A stretch of 64,000 nucleotides of DNA from Candidatus Bathyarchaeia archaeon (lineage in GTDB: Archaea > Thermoproteota > Bathyarchaeia > Bathyarchaeales > Bathycorpusculaceae). The translations under genes and the position numbers were made by a program. The number at the start of each line of letters is the position of its first letter. The first letter of the stretch is position 1. Location of the stretch: the NCBI GenBank assembly GCA_050015395.1, contig JBEKBM010000001.1, positions 109,403 to 173,402 on the forward strand, in the 5' to 3' direction. Shown in pieces: positions 39,657 to 50,158 of this stretch. The notes beneath the pieces are model-generated. The model had not been told where the DNA came from and made no database searches. It saw only the letters and a list, made by a program, of their open reading frames with translations.

Positions 39657-40001
39657 GCGTTTTAGTAATCTGACGCGGGATTTAACCTTTCCTATATAGC
39701 CTATTTAGGACTATAGATTCTATTTTCGGAGTCCTTATTGACAACTTCCTTTCAATTGAAATATAGGTAACGCCAGATGGACAAAAAAATTCCCCTCTTC
39801 GAATATGAGACGTTTACAGTTCGCAAAGCGAAATGCGTCGAATCTCACGATTTGCCAAGGAAGCGCGACCGCTGAAGCTAAATATCTCAGCTATGAATGA
39901 TTTATTTTTTAACAGATTGCTTGATAAGTCACGAATCCCTTTTTTAGCCCAAGGTAGTTAAACCACCCCAAAACAAATGAAAATCTATAAGGTAAAAGCT
40001 C

Positions 40002-42143
40002 TTGTCAGCTCCAAATACCCTTGATTCAGAAGCAAACAATGCCTTAAGCCAGAAAAAACTACTAGATAACCCAAGCTATTTCCTCAACAGGGAACTCAGC
40101 TGGATAAGATTTAACGCACGCGTCCTTGAGGAAGCACGAGACCTGTGGCATCCCCTGCTGGAAAGGGTTAAATTCATCGCCATCTGCGGCAGCAACCTAG
40201 ACGAGTTCTTCATGACACGAATTCCTCGACTTATGAAAAAAATCAAAACTGGGACTGACGAGAAATCCATGGATGGAATGACCCCCATCGAACAAGTCGA
40301 AGCCACACGGAAGGAAATAATCCCACTTATCGAAAACCACGCAAATTGCTGGAGAGAGGAACTTCTCCCTGCCCTCGCAAAAGAAGACATAGTCATCGAA
40401 AAGTTCAACGACTTATCCCAAAAAAGTAAGGAAAGTTTGCGTGAACTCTTCAAGAAATCGATTCTTCCAGCGATGGAAATTCCTAAAGAAGGATTAAACA
40501 GCGCCGCAATCGAGAATCTGCACATAAACCTCTTCGTTTCAGGCTTTGGTAAACAAGATTTTTGCTACGTGGTTGATATTCCCACCGAAAAGTTTGGGAG
40601 ACTAATAAAGATTCCAAGAAGTAGATATATTCAAGAAACAGACAAAGAAATAGAAAGCATAGAATACGGCTTCGTTTTTTTGGAAGATTTAATCTTGAAT
40701 AATCTTGATCTAATTTTCCCAAACGAAAAAACGCTGAAAGCATATCCATTCAGGCTGACACGCAACGGAGAAATAGATATTCTGATGGATGAGTCCTCAG
40801 ACTTCCTCAATTCCGTAAAGAAAAGCCTTTCCAGCAGAAGAGTTGGGTTTCCCAGCAGACTCGAATTTGATAAAAAAACGCCTTTACTCATTAGAGAAGC
40901 AATAGCCACGGCATTAGGCTTGCCAGGCTATTTAATCTACGAGTTTGACGGACCACTTGGGCTCGTTGACCTCTGGCAACTGCTTAAAATAAACCGTCCA
41001 AGCCTCAAAGACAAAACCTTCTTTCCAGCCATCTCGCCTCTGTTGACCTCTGGAAAGAACATATTTGAAACAATCGCCGAACGTGACTTCGTCCTCTATC
41101 ACCCCTATGACGGCTTTGAAGTAATCATCGATCTGCTAAGAGAAGCATCTCAGGATAGCAATGTTTTGGACATCTGCATAACAATGTACCGGATGGACCA
41201 TAAATCGCCAGTCGTTGATACATTGATAGAGGCCGCCAAGAATGGTAAAAAAGTAACCGCGATAGTTGAACTGAAAGCCAAATTTGATGAAGAAAACAAT
41301 ATCCTTCTGGTTTCAAAACTTATGGAGGGCGGCGTAAATACAGTTTACAATTTTCCCAAGTTAAAAGTTCATGCAAAACTATGCCTAGTAGTTAGAAAAG
41401 AAAAAACTGGTCTCGTGAGATACTCGCATATTGGCTCAGGTAACTATAATGCCGTGACAGCAAAAATTTACGGCGATATAGGTTACATTACTGCAAAACC
41501 CGAAGTGGGACTGGAACTGGAAGAGCTGTTCAACTTGTTAATAAATGGGCTTCAAGAAAAAGAATTCAAGCATCTACTTGTTGCACCTAAAACGCTGAAG
41601 AGCGAAATTCTCAGGCGAATAGATAGGGAAATAAGGTTTCACCAAAAAACAGGCAAAGGCTACTTAGCTTTTAAACTCAACAATCTAGAGGAAAAAGAGA
41701 TTATTCAAGCCCTATACAAGGCATCCATGGCCGGAATCAAGATTGACCTAAACGTCAGAGGCTTGTGCTGCTTAAGACCAGGAATAAAAGGAATAAGCGA
41801 CAACATTTCAGTCATATCCATAGTTGGACGCTTCCTTGAACACGCCCGAATTTATTACTTCCGTGATGATACTGAAGAGGAAGTACTTATTGGCAGCCCA
41901 GACATGATGTTCAGAAACCTCAACGAAAGAATTGAAGTTCTCTTATCAGTGCCTGACCCACACCTGCGCCACGCTATCCTTGAATACATGCTTAAAATCC
42001 ACCTTCACGACAACGTTAAAGCAAGAAGATTACTGCCCGATGGGACATACGAGAGAGTAACACCTAAAGAAGGCGAAAAAGTCATCAACTCTCAAGCGTG
42101 GCTTATTCAGAACAGAGGCATTTGGAATGAACGCTCCAATTAA
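40002..42143 (+). CDS. ppk1: Polyphosphate kinase 1
   Basis: FLNRELSWIRFNARVL, SNLDEFFMTR, ELKAKFDEENNI, KVHAK, GRFLEHARIYYF. Confidence 0.95.
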   Translation: MSAPNTLDSEANNALSQKKLLDNPSYFLNRELSWIRFNARVLEEARDLWHPLLERVKFIAICGSNLDEFFMTRIPRLMKKIKTGTDEKSMDGMTPIEQVEATRKEIIPLIENHANCWREELLPALAKEDIVIEKFNDLSQKSKESLRELFKKSILPAMEIPKEGLNSAAIENLHINLFVSGFGKQDFCYVVDIPTEKFGRLIKIPRSRYIQETDKEIESIEYGFVFLEDLILNNLDLIFPNEKTLKAYPFRLTRNGEIDILMDESSDFLNSVKKSLSSRRVGFPSRLEFDKKTPLLIREAIATALGLPGYLIYEFDGPLGLVDLWQLLKINRPSLKDKTFFPAISPLLTSGKNIFETIAERDFVLYHPYDGFEVIIDLLREASQDSNVLDICITMYRMDHKSPVVDTLIEAAKNGKKVTAIVELKAKFDEENNILLVSKLMEGGVNTVYNFPKLKVHAKLCLVVRKEKTGLVRYSHIGSGNYNAVTAKIYGDIGYITAKPEVGLELEELFNLLINGLQEKEFKHLLVAPKTLKSEILRRIDREIRFHQKTGKGYLAFKLNNLEEKEIIQALYKASMAGIKIDLNVRGLCCLRPGIKGISDNISVISIVGRFLEHARIYYFRDDTEEEVLIGSPDMMFRNLNERIEVLLSVPDPHLRHAILEYMLKIHLHDNVKARRLLPDGTYERVTPKEGEKVINSQAWLIQNRGIWNERSN

Positions 42144-44466
42144 GTCTCAAACATGCCAAAGCGACACAAGCTACTGCAACTTCGGCTCTGAAACGCTCCT
42201 GAAACTCCTTGAAGATTTCGAAGACCAAATCGATGGCGTAATGAAAAACAACGATGACATCGAATATGTTCATAAAATGCGCGTTACCTCCCGAAGAATC
42301 AGAACTGCGCTATCTCTTTTCAGATTTTGCTTCCCTGGAAAAGAATTCAAAAAATGGTCACGCCAAATTAAGAAAATCACACGTCTCCTAGCCGAAGCAA
42401 GAGACCTTGACGTGCAAATAGCTTTCATAGAACAGTACGTGAAAAAACTGGATTCAACCGCGAAAAAGACAGACATGGACTTACTGCTTAAGCATCATAA
42501 AGACCGCAGAAACAGCATTCAATCGTCCGTTGTCAGCGGATTGGAAAAGCTAAAGGCAACCGGCATTTTGGATGATATTCGCAAGTTTTGCGAACAAGCC
42601 ACTAAGGAACATTCAAAAACGACTTTTGATTCCTCACAGGTACTAGAAAAAGCCCACTGGTACATATCCTTTAGACTAGACGATTTCCTGGCGATGGAAG
42701 ACTGCGTTTACTTGGAAAATGAAATCCTAAAGCATCATGAGATGAGAATCTATGCGAAGAAACTCCGCTATACCATGGAAGCCTTTGCACCGCTGTACAA
42801 AAATAAACTCGTTAAAGAAATAGAAACAATGAAAACTTTTCAAGATGTACTGGGTGAAATGCATGACTGCGATGTCTGGATAGAGTACATACCTAAATTC
42901 ATAGAAGAAACAAAAGCTAAAATCAAATCCCAAGAAAAGAAAAAAGCAGACACCGCAAAAGTACAGCAGGCACTTTTGAACTTCTCAACTTACGTGAAAG
43001 AAAAAAGAAAAAACCATTACAAACAATTTGTTCAGCTTTGGAACGAAAACAAAAAGAAAGGTTTTTTTGTTAAACTTAGGAAGACAACCAACGCTGGATC
43101 AATCATAACTGAGGAAAAAACAAAACAAGTGCTTGCATATCCCGACGTTAAAATTGCTGTTCTGTCGGATGTCCATGCTAATTTGCAAGCTTTGCAAAAA
43201 GTAATTCAAGACGCCGAAGGACGGGGTGTAAAAATTTTTCTGAATGCAGGTGACTCCATAGGTTTTGGTCCTTACCCAAACGAAGTCATAGAAATGCTCT
43301 GCGAAAAAAACGTGCTAAGCATCTTAGGTAACTATGATTTGGAGGTTATTGAGGGCAAAGCCAAAGCTAAAGGCGAAAAAAAACTTGCTTTGGAATTTGC
43401 CAGGAAAGAGTTGGCAAAGTCATGCGAATGTTATCTTTATTCCTTACCTCGTGAACTTAGGCTTGAGGCAGCAGGCAAAAAACTGTTTGTAACACATGGG
43501 AGTCCCCAGTCGATTGAAGAGCACATTTACCATGACACACCGGTTGAGAGGCTGAAAACCCTTGCTGATGCCTCCAAGGCTGATGTGATAATTGTGGGGC
43601 ATTCTCATGATCAATTCTGTAGACAGACAAACGGGTTCTGTTTCGTCAACCCTGGAAGTGTGGGAAGGCCTGACGACGGAAACCCTCAGACTGCTTATGT
43701 AATCTTGAGCTTTAACCCCTTCAATGTTGAGTTGATCAGGTTAGACTACGATGTCACCGCTGCTGTAGACGCTCTTAGAAAAAAGGCGCTGCCTGAAAGT
43801 TTCGCTCAGATGCTACTTCGCGGCGTATCTCTCGAAACAATCATCGAAGAGGATCACACCAAAGAAGATTGCATGGTTCAAAACTGCAAAGAAATCGCAG
43901 AAGCGTCTCAGAAGATTTCGAAAACCTACTGGCAAGATACTGAACATTACACGCAGGTTACCAGACTTGCTTTAGAGTTCTTTGACGGCTTAATCAATGT
44001 GCATCAGCTGGACAAGCGGGAACGATGCTGGCTTGAATGCGCCGCAATTCTGCATGATGTAGGCTTGTCAAAAACTAGAGGCGGTCACCACAAAGAATCA
44101 GCCAAGCTCATCCTCAACGACACGAATCTTCCATTCACCTCCCAGGAAAGACGGATAGTAGCAAGCATAGCCCGATACCACCGCAAAGGTTTGCCCAAAC
44201 AGAAACATTACAACCTTGCGACGTTGGACCGCGTAACCGTCCACAAAGTAAAGATTCTGGCCAGTATTCTCCGTGCGGCAGATGGCTTAGACTACACTCA
44301 CCAGTCAATCGTAAAAAGTTTAAAAATCAAAGTGGGCACGCAAAGAATAATTGCTGAATGCGTATCCGAAACTGAATCGACACTGGAAGAGCAGGCTTTT
44401 AATAAGAAGAAGGATTTGTTTGAAAAGGTCTTCGCTAGAAAATTGGTGCTGGTATGGAAGCGATAG
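42127..44466 (+). CDS. CHAD - YfcE-type metallophosphoesterase - HD domain fusion
   Basis: CHAD: VHKMRVTSRRIR, ARDLDV, HEMRIYAKKLRY, QDVLGEMHD. MPE: SDVHAN, GD, GNYD, THGSP, GHSH, NPGSVG. HD: LHDVG, ARYHRK, ADGLD. Confidence 0.9.
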   Translation: MNAPIKSQTCQSDTSYCNFGSETLLKLLEDFEDQIDGVMKNNDDIEYVHKMRVTSRRIRTALSLFRFCFPGKEFKKWSRQIKKITRLLAEARDLDVQIAFIEQYVKKLDSTAKKTDMDLLLKHHKDRRNSIQSSVVSGLEKLKATGILDDIRKFCEQATKEHSKTTFDSSQVLEKAHWYISFRLDDFLAMEDCVYLENEILKHHEMRIYAKKLRYTMEAFAPLYKNKLVKEIETMKTFQDVLGEMHDCDVWIEYIPKFIEETKAKIKSQEKKKADTAKVQQALLNFSTYVKEKRKNHYKQFVQLWNENKKKGFFVKLRKTTNAGSIITEEKTKQVLAYPDVKIAVLSDVHANLQALQKVIQDAEGRGVKIFLNAGDSIGFGPYPNEVIEMLCEKNVLSILGNYDLEVIEGKAKAKGEKKLALEFARKELAKSCECYLYSLPRELRLEAAGKKLFVTHGSPQSIEEHIYHDTPVERLKTLADASKADVIIVGHSHDQFCRQTNGFCFVNPGSVGRPDDGNPQTAYVILSFNPFNVELIRLDYDVTAAVDALRKKALPESFAQMLLRGVSLETIIEEDHTKEDCMVQNCKEIAEASQKISKTYWQDTEHYTQVTRLALEFFDGLINVHQLDKRERCWLECAAILHDVGLSKTRGGHHKESAKLILNDTNLPFTSQERRIVASIARYHRKGLPKQKHYNLATLDRVTVHKVKILASILRAADGLDYTHQSIVKSLKIKVGTQRIIAECVSETESTLEEQAFNKKKDLFEKVFARKLVLVWKR

Positions 44467-46034
44467 TGAAAACTGCTGGGCATGTAGTTGGGTTTGTCGA
44501 CATCGGGACAAACGCAATGCGTCTTTTAGTGGTAAGGATAAACCCCAATTTCTCTTACACCATAATCAGCCAAGAAAAAGAAGTTATCAGACTTGGCGAA
44601 CAAGAATTCAAAGACAACATTCTAAGACCAGAAGCCATGGAACGCGCCATTTTTGTCTGCGGAAAATTCTCTGAGCTCGCCAAAACTTACGGCGCCACTG
44701 AAATAATAGCCGTCGGAACCTCTGCCATTCGAGAAGCGCTAAACCAATCCGATTTCCTTCAAAAACTTCTCAGCGAAACAGGACTCAAGGTGCACGTGAT
44801 TTCGGGACAAGACGAAGCCCGCCTGATTTGGTTGGGCGTTTCAAGTGGAATAGATATCGGCGAAGAAAAGGCTATTTTCATAGATTTAGGCGGTGGCAGC
44901 ACCGAAATTGCCATCGGAAACCAGCACGAATGCTTTTATGTGAACAGTCTTAAGTTAGGGGCAATTAGGCTAACAACTCAATTCATCGGCGAAGGCTGGA
45001 CTGGACTCATAGGAAGCAACACCTATAAGGAGATAAAAAATTACGCTTGCAGCAAGGTTCACGTGGTTAAAGCGACAGTACTCGAGTACGGCGTCAGGCT
45101 CGCGTGGGGTTCATCAGGGACAATCATAAACTTGGCAGAAATCGCGAACAAACTTTTCAAGAAAAACGGCAATGGAGGCGTTCTCACTCTATCAAGGAAG
45201 AACCTGAAAAAGTTGGCGCAGATTCTTTGCTCTCTTTCGCTCGAAGAAAGAAAAAAGCTGCCTGCTATTAATCCTGACCGAGCCGACATCATAATTGCTG
45301 GAGCAGCCATAATTGAGGCGGTCATGGAAGAGTTCGGTTTGGAAGAAATCTGCATTAGTCACAGAGAACTGCGGGATGGTCTGCTTGTTGAATATTTGTC
45401 GAATTTTGAGGGTTTTCGAGAACTACAAAAGACGCCGATGAGGAATAGGAGCGTTTTGCACTTAGGTAGATCTTGCAACTTCGATGAGAAACATTCGGAA
45501 ACTGTGGCTTCTTTGGCGTTGCAGCTTTTTGATAGCGCAAAACAAATTGGGCTACACAATTTGGGTGAGACAGAGAAGGAACTATTGAAGCATGCTGCAA
45601 CGTTGCATGATGTCGGCGATTTTCTTTCGTTTAATGGCCATCAGCTTCATTCCCACTATATCATTAGCAACGCTGAACTTCTGGGTTTTGACCAGAAAGA
45701 AACCCAAATAATGGCTAACATAGCACGTTTTCACAGGAAAAAGTTACCTTCCAAAAAAGCACTGAAAATCACAGGATTGGACGAAAAAACGAATGACGCC
45801 ATTGCCATTCTTTCCACGTTTCTCCGATTCGCCGAGAAACTCGACCGAAGCCACTGTGGACTTGTAAAGAAAGCAGAATTTGTCAAAGTTAATAAAGACC
45901 AAGTGCTGCTCTCGTTTTATTCAGACTCAGACTGCAGTTTTGAAGAATGGAGTATCATCCAGAATCAGCAGGCGTTCTATGAAGCGTTCGAAAAACAGCT
46001 GGATGTTCACTGCATAGTTACGCCAAGCACGTAA
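44454..46034 (+). CDS. ppx: Exopolyphosphatase Ppx/GppA with HD domain
   Basis: VDIGTNAMRL, TSAIREA, ISGQDEARL, DLGGGSTE, RADII, LRDG, LHDVG. Confidence 0.93.
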   Translation: MEAIVKTAGHVVGFVDIGTNAMRLLVVRINPNFSYTIISQEKEVIRLGEQEFKDNILRPEAMERAIFVCGKFSELAKTYGATEIIAVGTSAIREALNQSDFLQKLLSETGLKVHVISGQDEARLIWLGVSSGIDIGEEKAIFIDLGGGSTEIAIGNQHECFYVNSLKLGAIRLTTQFIGEGWTGLIGSNTYKEIKNYACSKVHVVKATVLEYGVRLAWGSSGTIINLAEIANKLFKKNGNGGVLTLSRKNLKKLAQILCSLSLEERKKLPAINPDRADIIIAGAAIIEAVMEEFGLEEICISHRELRDGLLVEYLSNFEGFRELQKTPMRNRSVLHLGRSCNFDEKHSETVASLALQLFDSAKQIGLHNLGETEKELLKHAATLHDVGDFLSFNGHQLHSHYIISNAELLGFDQKETQIMANIARFHRKKLPSKKALKITGLDEKTNDAIAILSTFLRFAEKLDRSHCGLVKKAEFVKVNKDQVLLSFYSDSDCSFEEWSIIQNQQAFYEAFEKQLDVHCIVTPST

Positions 46035-46114
46035 TCAAGCGCTGAAGCTCTAAACGAGTTTTTTAACCCTGCATTGCAAACAGGATTCCGCTTGGTTTCC
46101 TGCCGGATACACGT

Positions 46115-47017
46115 TTATTCTTTTTCCAGTTCAACCTTTGCCTTTTCCAAAGCTGCATATTGCTCTGGGCTCAGAACAGGATATTTCAAATCCAGCTTCT
46201 TAATTTGGGACACTATAATCTCAGAGATTGATGCATGGGTAACCCATTTCTTATCTGCAGGGATAACATACCAAGGCGCCCATTCAGTACTTGTCTGGTT
46301 AAGCACGTCTTCGTATGCTTCCATATAATCTGCCCATTTTGAGCGTTCTGAAAGATCCGTGAGCGAAAATTTCCAATTTTTATCAGGGTCTTCGAGGCGT
46401 TTAAGCAGACGCTGTTTCTGCCGCTTTTCTGAGACGTTGAGGAAAAATTTCAGCACTATCGTGCCGTTCCGAACTAAGTGCCGTTCAAACATGTTTATGT
46501 CCTCATACCGTTGATTCCAGAACAGTCTTCCTTCCACCTCCGCAGGCAGCTTCTGCTTTTCCAAAACCTCTGGGCGAACCTTAACTATCAGCACGTCCTC
46601 ATAATATGAACGATTGAAAATGCCTATGCTTCCCCTTTCTGGAAGAGCTTTCATGTGACGCCATAGAAAATCGTGATTTAGTTCCTCTTCAGATGGAGTT
46701 TTGAAAGCAGTAACTTGGCAACCCTGAGGGTTAACGCCCGACATTACATGCCGGATTGTACTGTCTTTTCCCGCTGCATCCATCCCTTGGAGAATTATCA
46801 ACATGGAATAAGTGTCGCTTGCCCAAAACAACTCCTGCATTTCAACCAGTTTCTGCCTGTTTTCCTCAAGAATAGCTAATGCCTGTTCTTTTACTGCTTT
46901 TTTGCCCTCTTTTTCTTCCTGTTTCTTAGCCCATTTTGGAATCCAACCTGAATCGTAAGCCTTCAAGCTAGTCTTTTTGCCAGGCGGCACTTTGAAGTCT
47001 TCTGCATCCATTGACAT
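46115..47017 (-). CDS. ppk2: Polyphosphate kinase 2 family (single domain, class III-like)
   Basis: LQGMDAAGKDSTIRH, HDFLWR, FNRSYYEDV, KFFLNVS, WYVIPADKKW. Confidence 0.93.
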   Translation of the reverse strand: MSMDAEDFKVPPGKKTSLKAYDSGWIPKWAKKQEEKEGKKAVKEQALAILEENRQKLVEMQELFWASDTYSMLIILQGMDAAGKDSTIRHVMSGVNPQGCQVTAFKTPSEEELNHDFLWRHMKALPERGSIGIFNRSYYEDVLIVKVRPEVLEKQKLPAEVEGRLFWNQRYEDINMFERHLVRNGTIVLKFFLNVSEKRQKQRLLKRLEDPDKNWKFSLTDLSERSKWADYMEAYEDVLNQTSTEWAPWYVIPADKKWVTHASISEIIVSQIKKLDLKYPVLSPEQYAALEKAKVELEKE

Positions 47018-47316
47018 ACTAAAACAGCCTCATTGAGAATAGGTTATGCTGCCTAATAATAGCTACTATAGCATTCAAAGAGCCGCACGATTGAGATAAC
47101 CAACCCTATGAAATCCATTGAAGAAAGTTAAAGAGCCTTTAGCCTGCAACGTCAACTTCATGACTAGGCAATTAGGACATAAACAGCCAGCAGCTTAGCT
47201 TTTTCTTTAGCTTTTCCAATAACGCAAAAAAATTGTTTGTTAATTTTGATTTCTTGCATATTGGGATAAAGAGTTGTTGTTCCCAAAAAAGCCTCTTAAA
47301 AACAGGCATTCGGGCA

Positions 47317-47537
47317 CCCACAGACCTCAGAACAGCTGTTCTCCTAATATTTTTCAGATCAGTCAAGTTTTTAGCTAAGAAACAACTACCTAACTATTGA
47401 AGTTTTTAATTATGGCTAAACCAAATCAAATTCTTTGGCCCAGTCGATATGAACCCGCAAATTGCCCAATTCACATCCGAAACGAGCTTGCAATGACGTC
47501 TACCCCCAGAAACGGTGTGGGCATGACTGATACGCGC
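47317..47537 (+). repeat. ~220-bp direct repeat, copy 1 (promoter + degraded 5' end of the SRPBCC gene)
   Basis: Near-identical to 49568-49788. ATG 47412 starts MAKPNQILWPSRYEPANCPIHIRNEL, followed by a frameshift and TGG>TGA. Confidence 0.92.
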
Positions 47538-47657
47538 TGGCTTGTCCCTTTATTATGTGTTAAAGTATGTGGGTGAGACTGCTTTGTCTGCTCTTCCGAG
47601 GTTTTCGCTATTCTCTCTTCCTTTTATTGTTTAGCGTGAGGGCTTTAAATCTCATAG

Positions 47658-48425
47658 TCATGATGCCATTTTCTTGAGTGACCTCAATCCCCACAGGAAC
47701 ACGAGGATTGCAAGTACGCTGATGACGACGAATCCCTCTGCAATTCCGATGTTTTGAAAATTCCCTGCGAATAATGCGCGAGCAGCATTAACTGTGTACG
47801 AGAATGGGTTAATCTTCGCCAGGTCCTGAAGCCAGATAGGTGCAAGCGCGAGAGGAAGGATAATACCCGATAGCAGAGAAAGAGGCAGTGTTATTGTGTT
47901 CAGCGTAGGAGCGAGGGGATCTTCAATTTTGTAAATAAGAGCGAAACCGTATGAAATAGATGCCATAGTAATCCCGATCAAAGCGTATAGCAGTAGAGAG
48001 AGCAAAAATCCGTCTACGTTTACATTCAGCCCAAATGGAACAGCAACTAATGTAATCAAAACACATTGAAGAAGAAGGACGATTGCATCCCTCAGAACCC
48101 TGCCTAAAAGGATTGCTGGGCGTTTCACTGGAGTTACTAAAAATCGTTCTATAACTCCTGTTCTAATATCATCAATAAGTGAGAATCCAACGAACGCTGT
48201 GCCGAAGAGCGCTTGCAGAACCAAAAGCCCGGGAATGAAAACATCTACTGTTTTCCCAGCGGGCAGCCCGGGAACACTACCGAGACCGTTCAGGAGCGGC
48301 ATAAACAAGAGCAAGTACATGAGGGGCTGGAACATGCTCACGAAAACAAAAACGGGACTCCTGAGCGTATGCTGCATGTTGCGGATAAACATCAGTTTGG
48401 TGTCGTGTAGCATTTTCATTTTCAT
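47658..48425 (-). CDS. ABC-2 type transporter permease (DrrB-like)
   Basis: FQPLMYLLLF, PGLL, DDIRTGVIERFLVTP, LLSG, INPFSY. Confidence 0.9.
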   Translation of the reverse strand: MKMKMLHDTKLMFIRNMQHTLRSPVFVFVSMFQPLMYLLLFMPLLNGLGSVPGLPAGKTVDVFIPGLLVLQALFGTAFVGFSLIDDIRTGVIERFLVTPVKRPAILLGRVLRDAIVLLLQCVLITLVAVPFGLNVNVDGFLLSLLLYALIGITMASISYGFALIYKIEDPLAPTLNTITLPLSLLSGIILPLALAPIWLQDLAKINPFSYTVNAARALFAGNFQNIGIAEGFVVISVLAILVFLWGLRSLKKMAS

Positions 48426-49405
48426 TTTCTTTCATCCTCCCTCAGTGAACGGCCTGTGTACTTTAGGAAGACATCATCTAGGCTTGGCCTGGACAGTGTT
48501 ACGGTTTGTGCCTCCAAGTTTTTTGCGTCGAGTGAGCGCAGGAGTTCAGGCATCATTCTTTCTCCATCTTTAATGTTCAGATAGACTGAATTGTTGTTGG
48601 TTTGGATTCTCTCTACTTGAATCTTTTCGGTTAACAAAGTTTCGGCTTTGCGTGCGGTTTCTTCTGATAGAAAAGTAAAAACTATCGTGTCGCCGCCAAC
48701 GGAGCTTTTTAACTCTCCCGGCGTTCCAGTTACAATAATTTTTCCGTTATCTATAATTGCTATTGTGTCACAGAGCTTGTCAGCTTCATCCATGTATTGA
48801 GTGGTTAAAAAGATGGTAACGCCCCCAGCTTTCAGTTTTTTTATTTCTTCCCACAGATATGCTCTACTTTGCGGATCAAGGCCTGATGTCGGCTCATCGA
48901 GAAGAAGTAGTTGTGGATGGTGAATCATCCCAAGCGCAATATCTAAACGGCGCTTTTGGCCTCCAGAATAGGACTGGGCTGGTCTCTCTATGAATGAGCT
49001 CATCTGGAGACGCTCCACGAATTCGGCCGCGTATTTCTTTGCAGTCAAAGTATCCAAGCCATATAGTTGAGCTTGGAGGACTAGGTTCTCAACACCTGTA
49101 GAACTCAGATCTGCTCCGCCTACTTGACTCACGCATCCAACGTTCTGTCTAATCTGTTCCTGCTGTTCTGCTAAGTCATATCCAAGAACCTTGGCTTCCC
49201 CACCAGTCGGACACAGCAATGTGGAAAGCATTTTCTGTGTGGTAGACTTGCCAGCACCATTTGGACCGAGAAAACCGAAGATTTCCCCTTTCCTAACAGT
49301 GAGATCTATACCCTTAACTGCCTCTACCTCTTTTTTTCCGCCCCTCTCTTTAGAAATGAAAGTCTTTCGAAGCCCTTTTGTCTCAATTACCAAATCTCCA
49401 ATCAT
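48422..49405 (-). CDS. ABC transporter ATP-binding protein (DrrA-like)
   Basis: GPNGAGKST, YSGGQKRRL, LLDEPTSGLDP, PSLDDVF. Confidence 0.93.
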   Translation of the reverse strand: MIGDLVIETKGLRKTFISKERGGKKEVEAVKGIDLTVRKGEIFGFLGPNGAGKSTTQKMLSTLLCPTGGEAKVLGYDLAEQQEQIRQNVGCVSQVGGADLSSTGVENLVLQAQLYGLDTLTAKKYAAEFVERLQMSSFIERPAQSYSGGQKRRLDIALGMIHHPQLLLLDEPTSGLDPQSRAYLWEEIKKLKAGGVTIFLTTQYMDEADKLCDTIAIIDNGKIIVTGTPGELKSSVGGDTIVFTFLSEETARKAETLLTEKIQVERIQTNNNSVYLNIKDGERMMPELLRSLDAKNLEAQTVTLSRPSLDDVFLKYTGRSLREDERK

Positions 49406-49567
49406 GTTGAGTCACCTATGAATAATGCATCTAATTTCATCACCATGAAAAATGATAAACTCATCTTTTCGATGTCGCCTATCGATATCGAATTATAACT
49501 TTTATTCCCCAAAACCAAACCTTCCTCCCCCTCTTAGAAAAGAGGACTATATAAGAATTCGCCCGAG

Positions 49568-49788
49568 CCCACAGACCTCAGAACAGCTCGTTTTCCTAAT
49601 ATTTTTCAGATCAGTCAAGTTTTTAGCTAAGAAACAACTACCTAACTATTGAGGTTTTTAATCATGGCTAAGCCAAACCAAATTCTTTGGCCCAGTCGAT
49701 ATGAACACGCAAATTGCCCAATTCACATCCGAAACGAGCTCGCGATGGCGTCGGCTCCAGAAACGGTGTGGGCATGGCTGATACGCGC
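49568..49788 (+). repeat. ~220-bp direct repeat, copy 2
   Basis: Matches 47317-47537. Confidence 0.92.
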
Positions 49789-50158
49789 GCAACTGTGGCC
49801 AACTTGGTATCCTAACTCAGCGAACATCGCGTTTCTCAGCGGTCCACCTCCAGACCTCACTTTAGGCACTCGGTTTCGCTAGAAAACATTTGGAATCACT
49901 ATCGAATCAACGGTGCTTGAGTTTTTGCCCTACGAGCGACTTGCTTGGGATGCTCACGGCACTGGTCTTGCTGCTTATCATGGATGGCTCATCCAAAAAA
50001 CAAACCAAGGCTGCAACGTCATCATGGAGGAGACACAGCGGGGCTGGGTCGCCAGACTGGGAAAAACCTTGAGGCCAAAACGTATGGAGCAGCAGCATCA
50101 AGTTTGGCTTGAAGGGTTGCGTGACAAAGCTAGCCGCGGTTTGCCGCCTTCACCGTAG
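49664..50158 (+). pseudogene. SRPBCC (polyketide cyclase/START-like) gene with one in-frame TAG
   Basis: Continuous frame ...APETVWAWLIRAQLWPTWY...GTRFR*KTFGITIESTVLEFLPYERLAW...AYHGWLI. The TAG at 49880 sits where a Trp (TGG) is expected. Confidence 0.8.

Noticed and set aside
47142-47198. Frame reading ACNVNFMTRQLGHKQ, resembling a tyrosine recombinase LGH box
   Set aside because: Too short, with no other integrase motifs nearby; could be chance.
49880-49882. In-frame TAG codons (SRPBCC, DUF433 and DUF5615 relics) as evidence for pyrrolysine or amber recoding
   Set aside because: The SRPBCC TAG is one substitution from the expected Trp codon, the other two are in obvious fragments, several intact genes here end in TAG, and no pyl genes are in the window.
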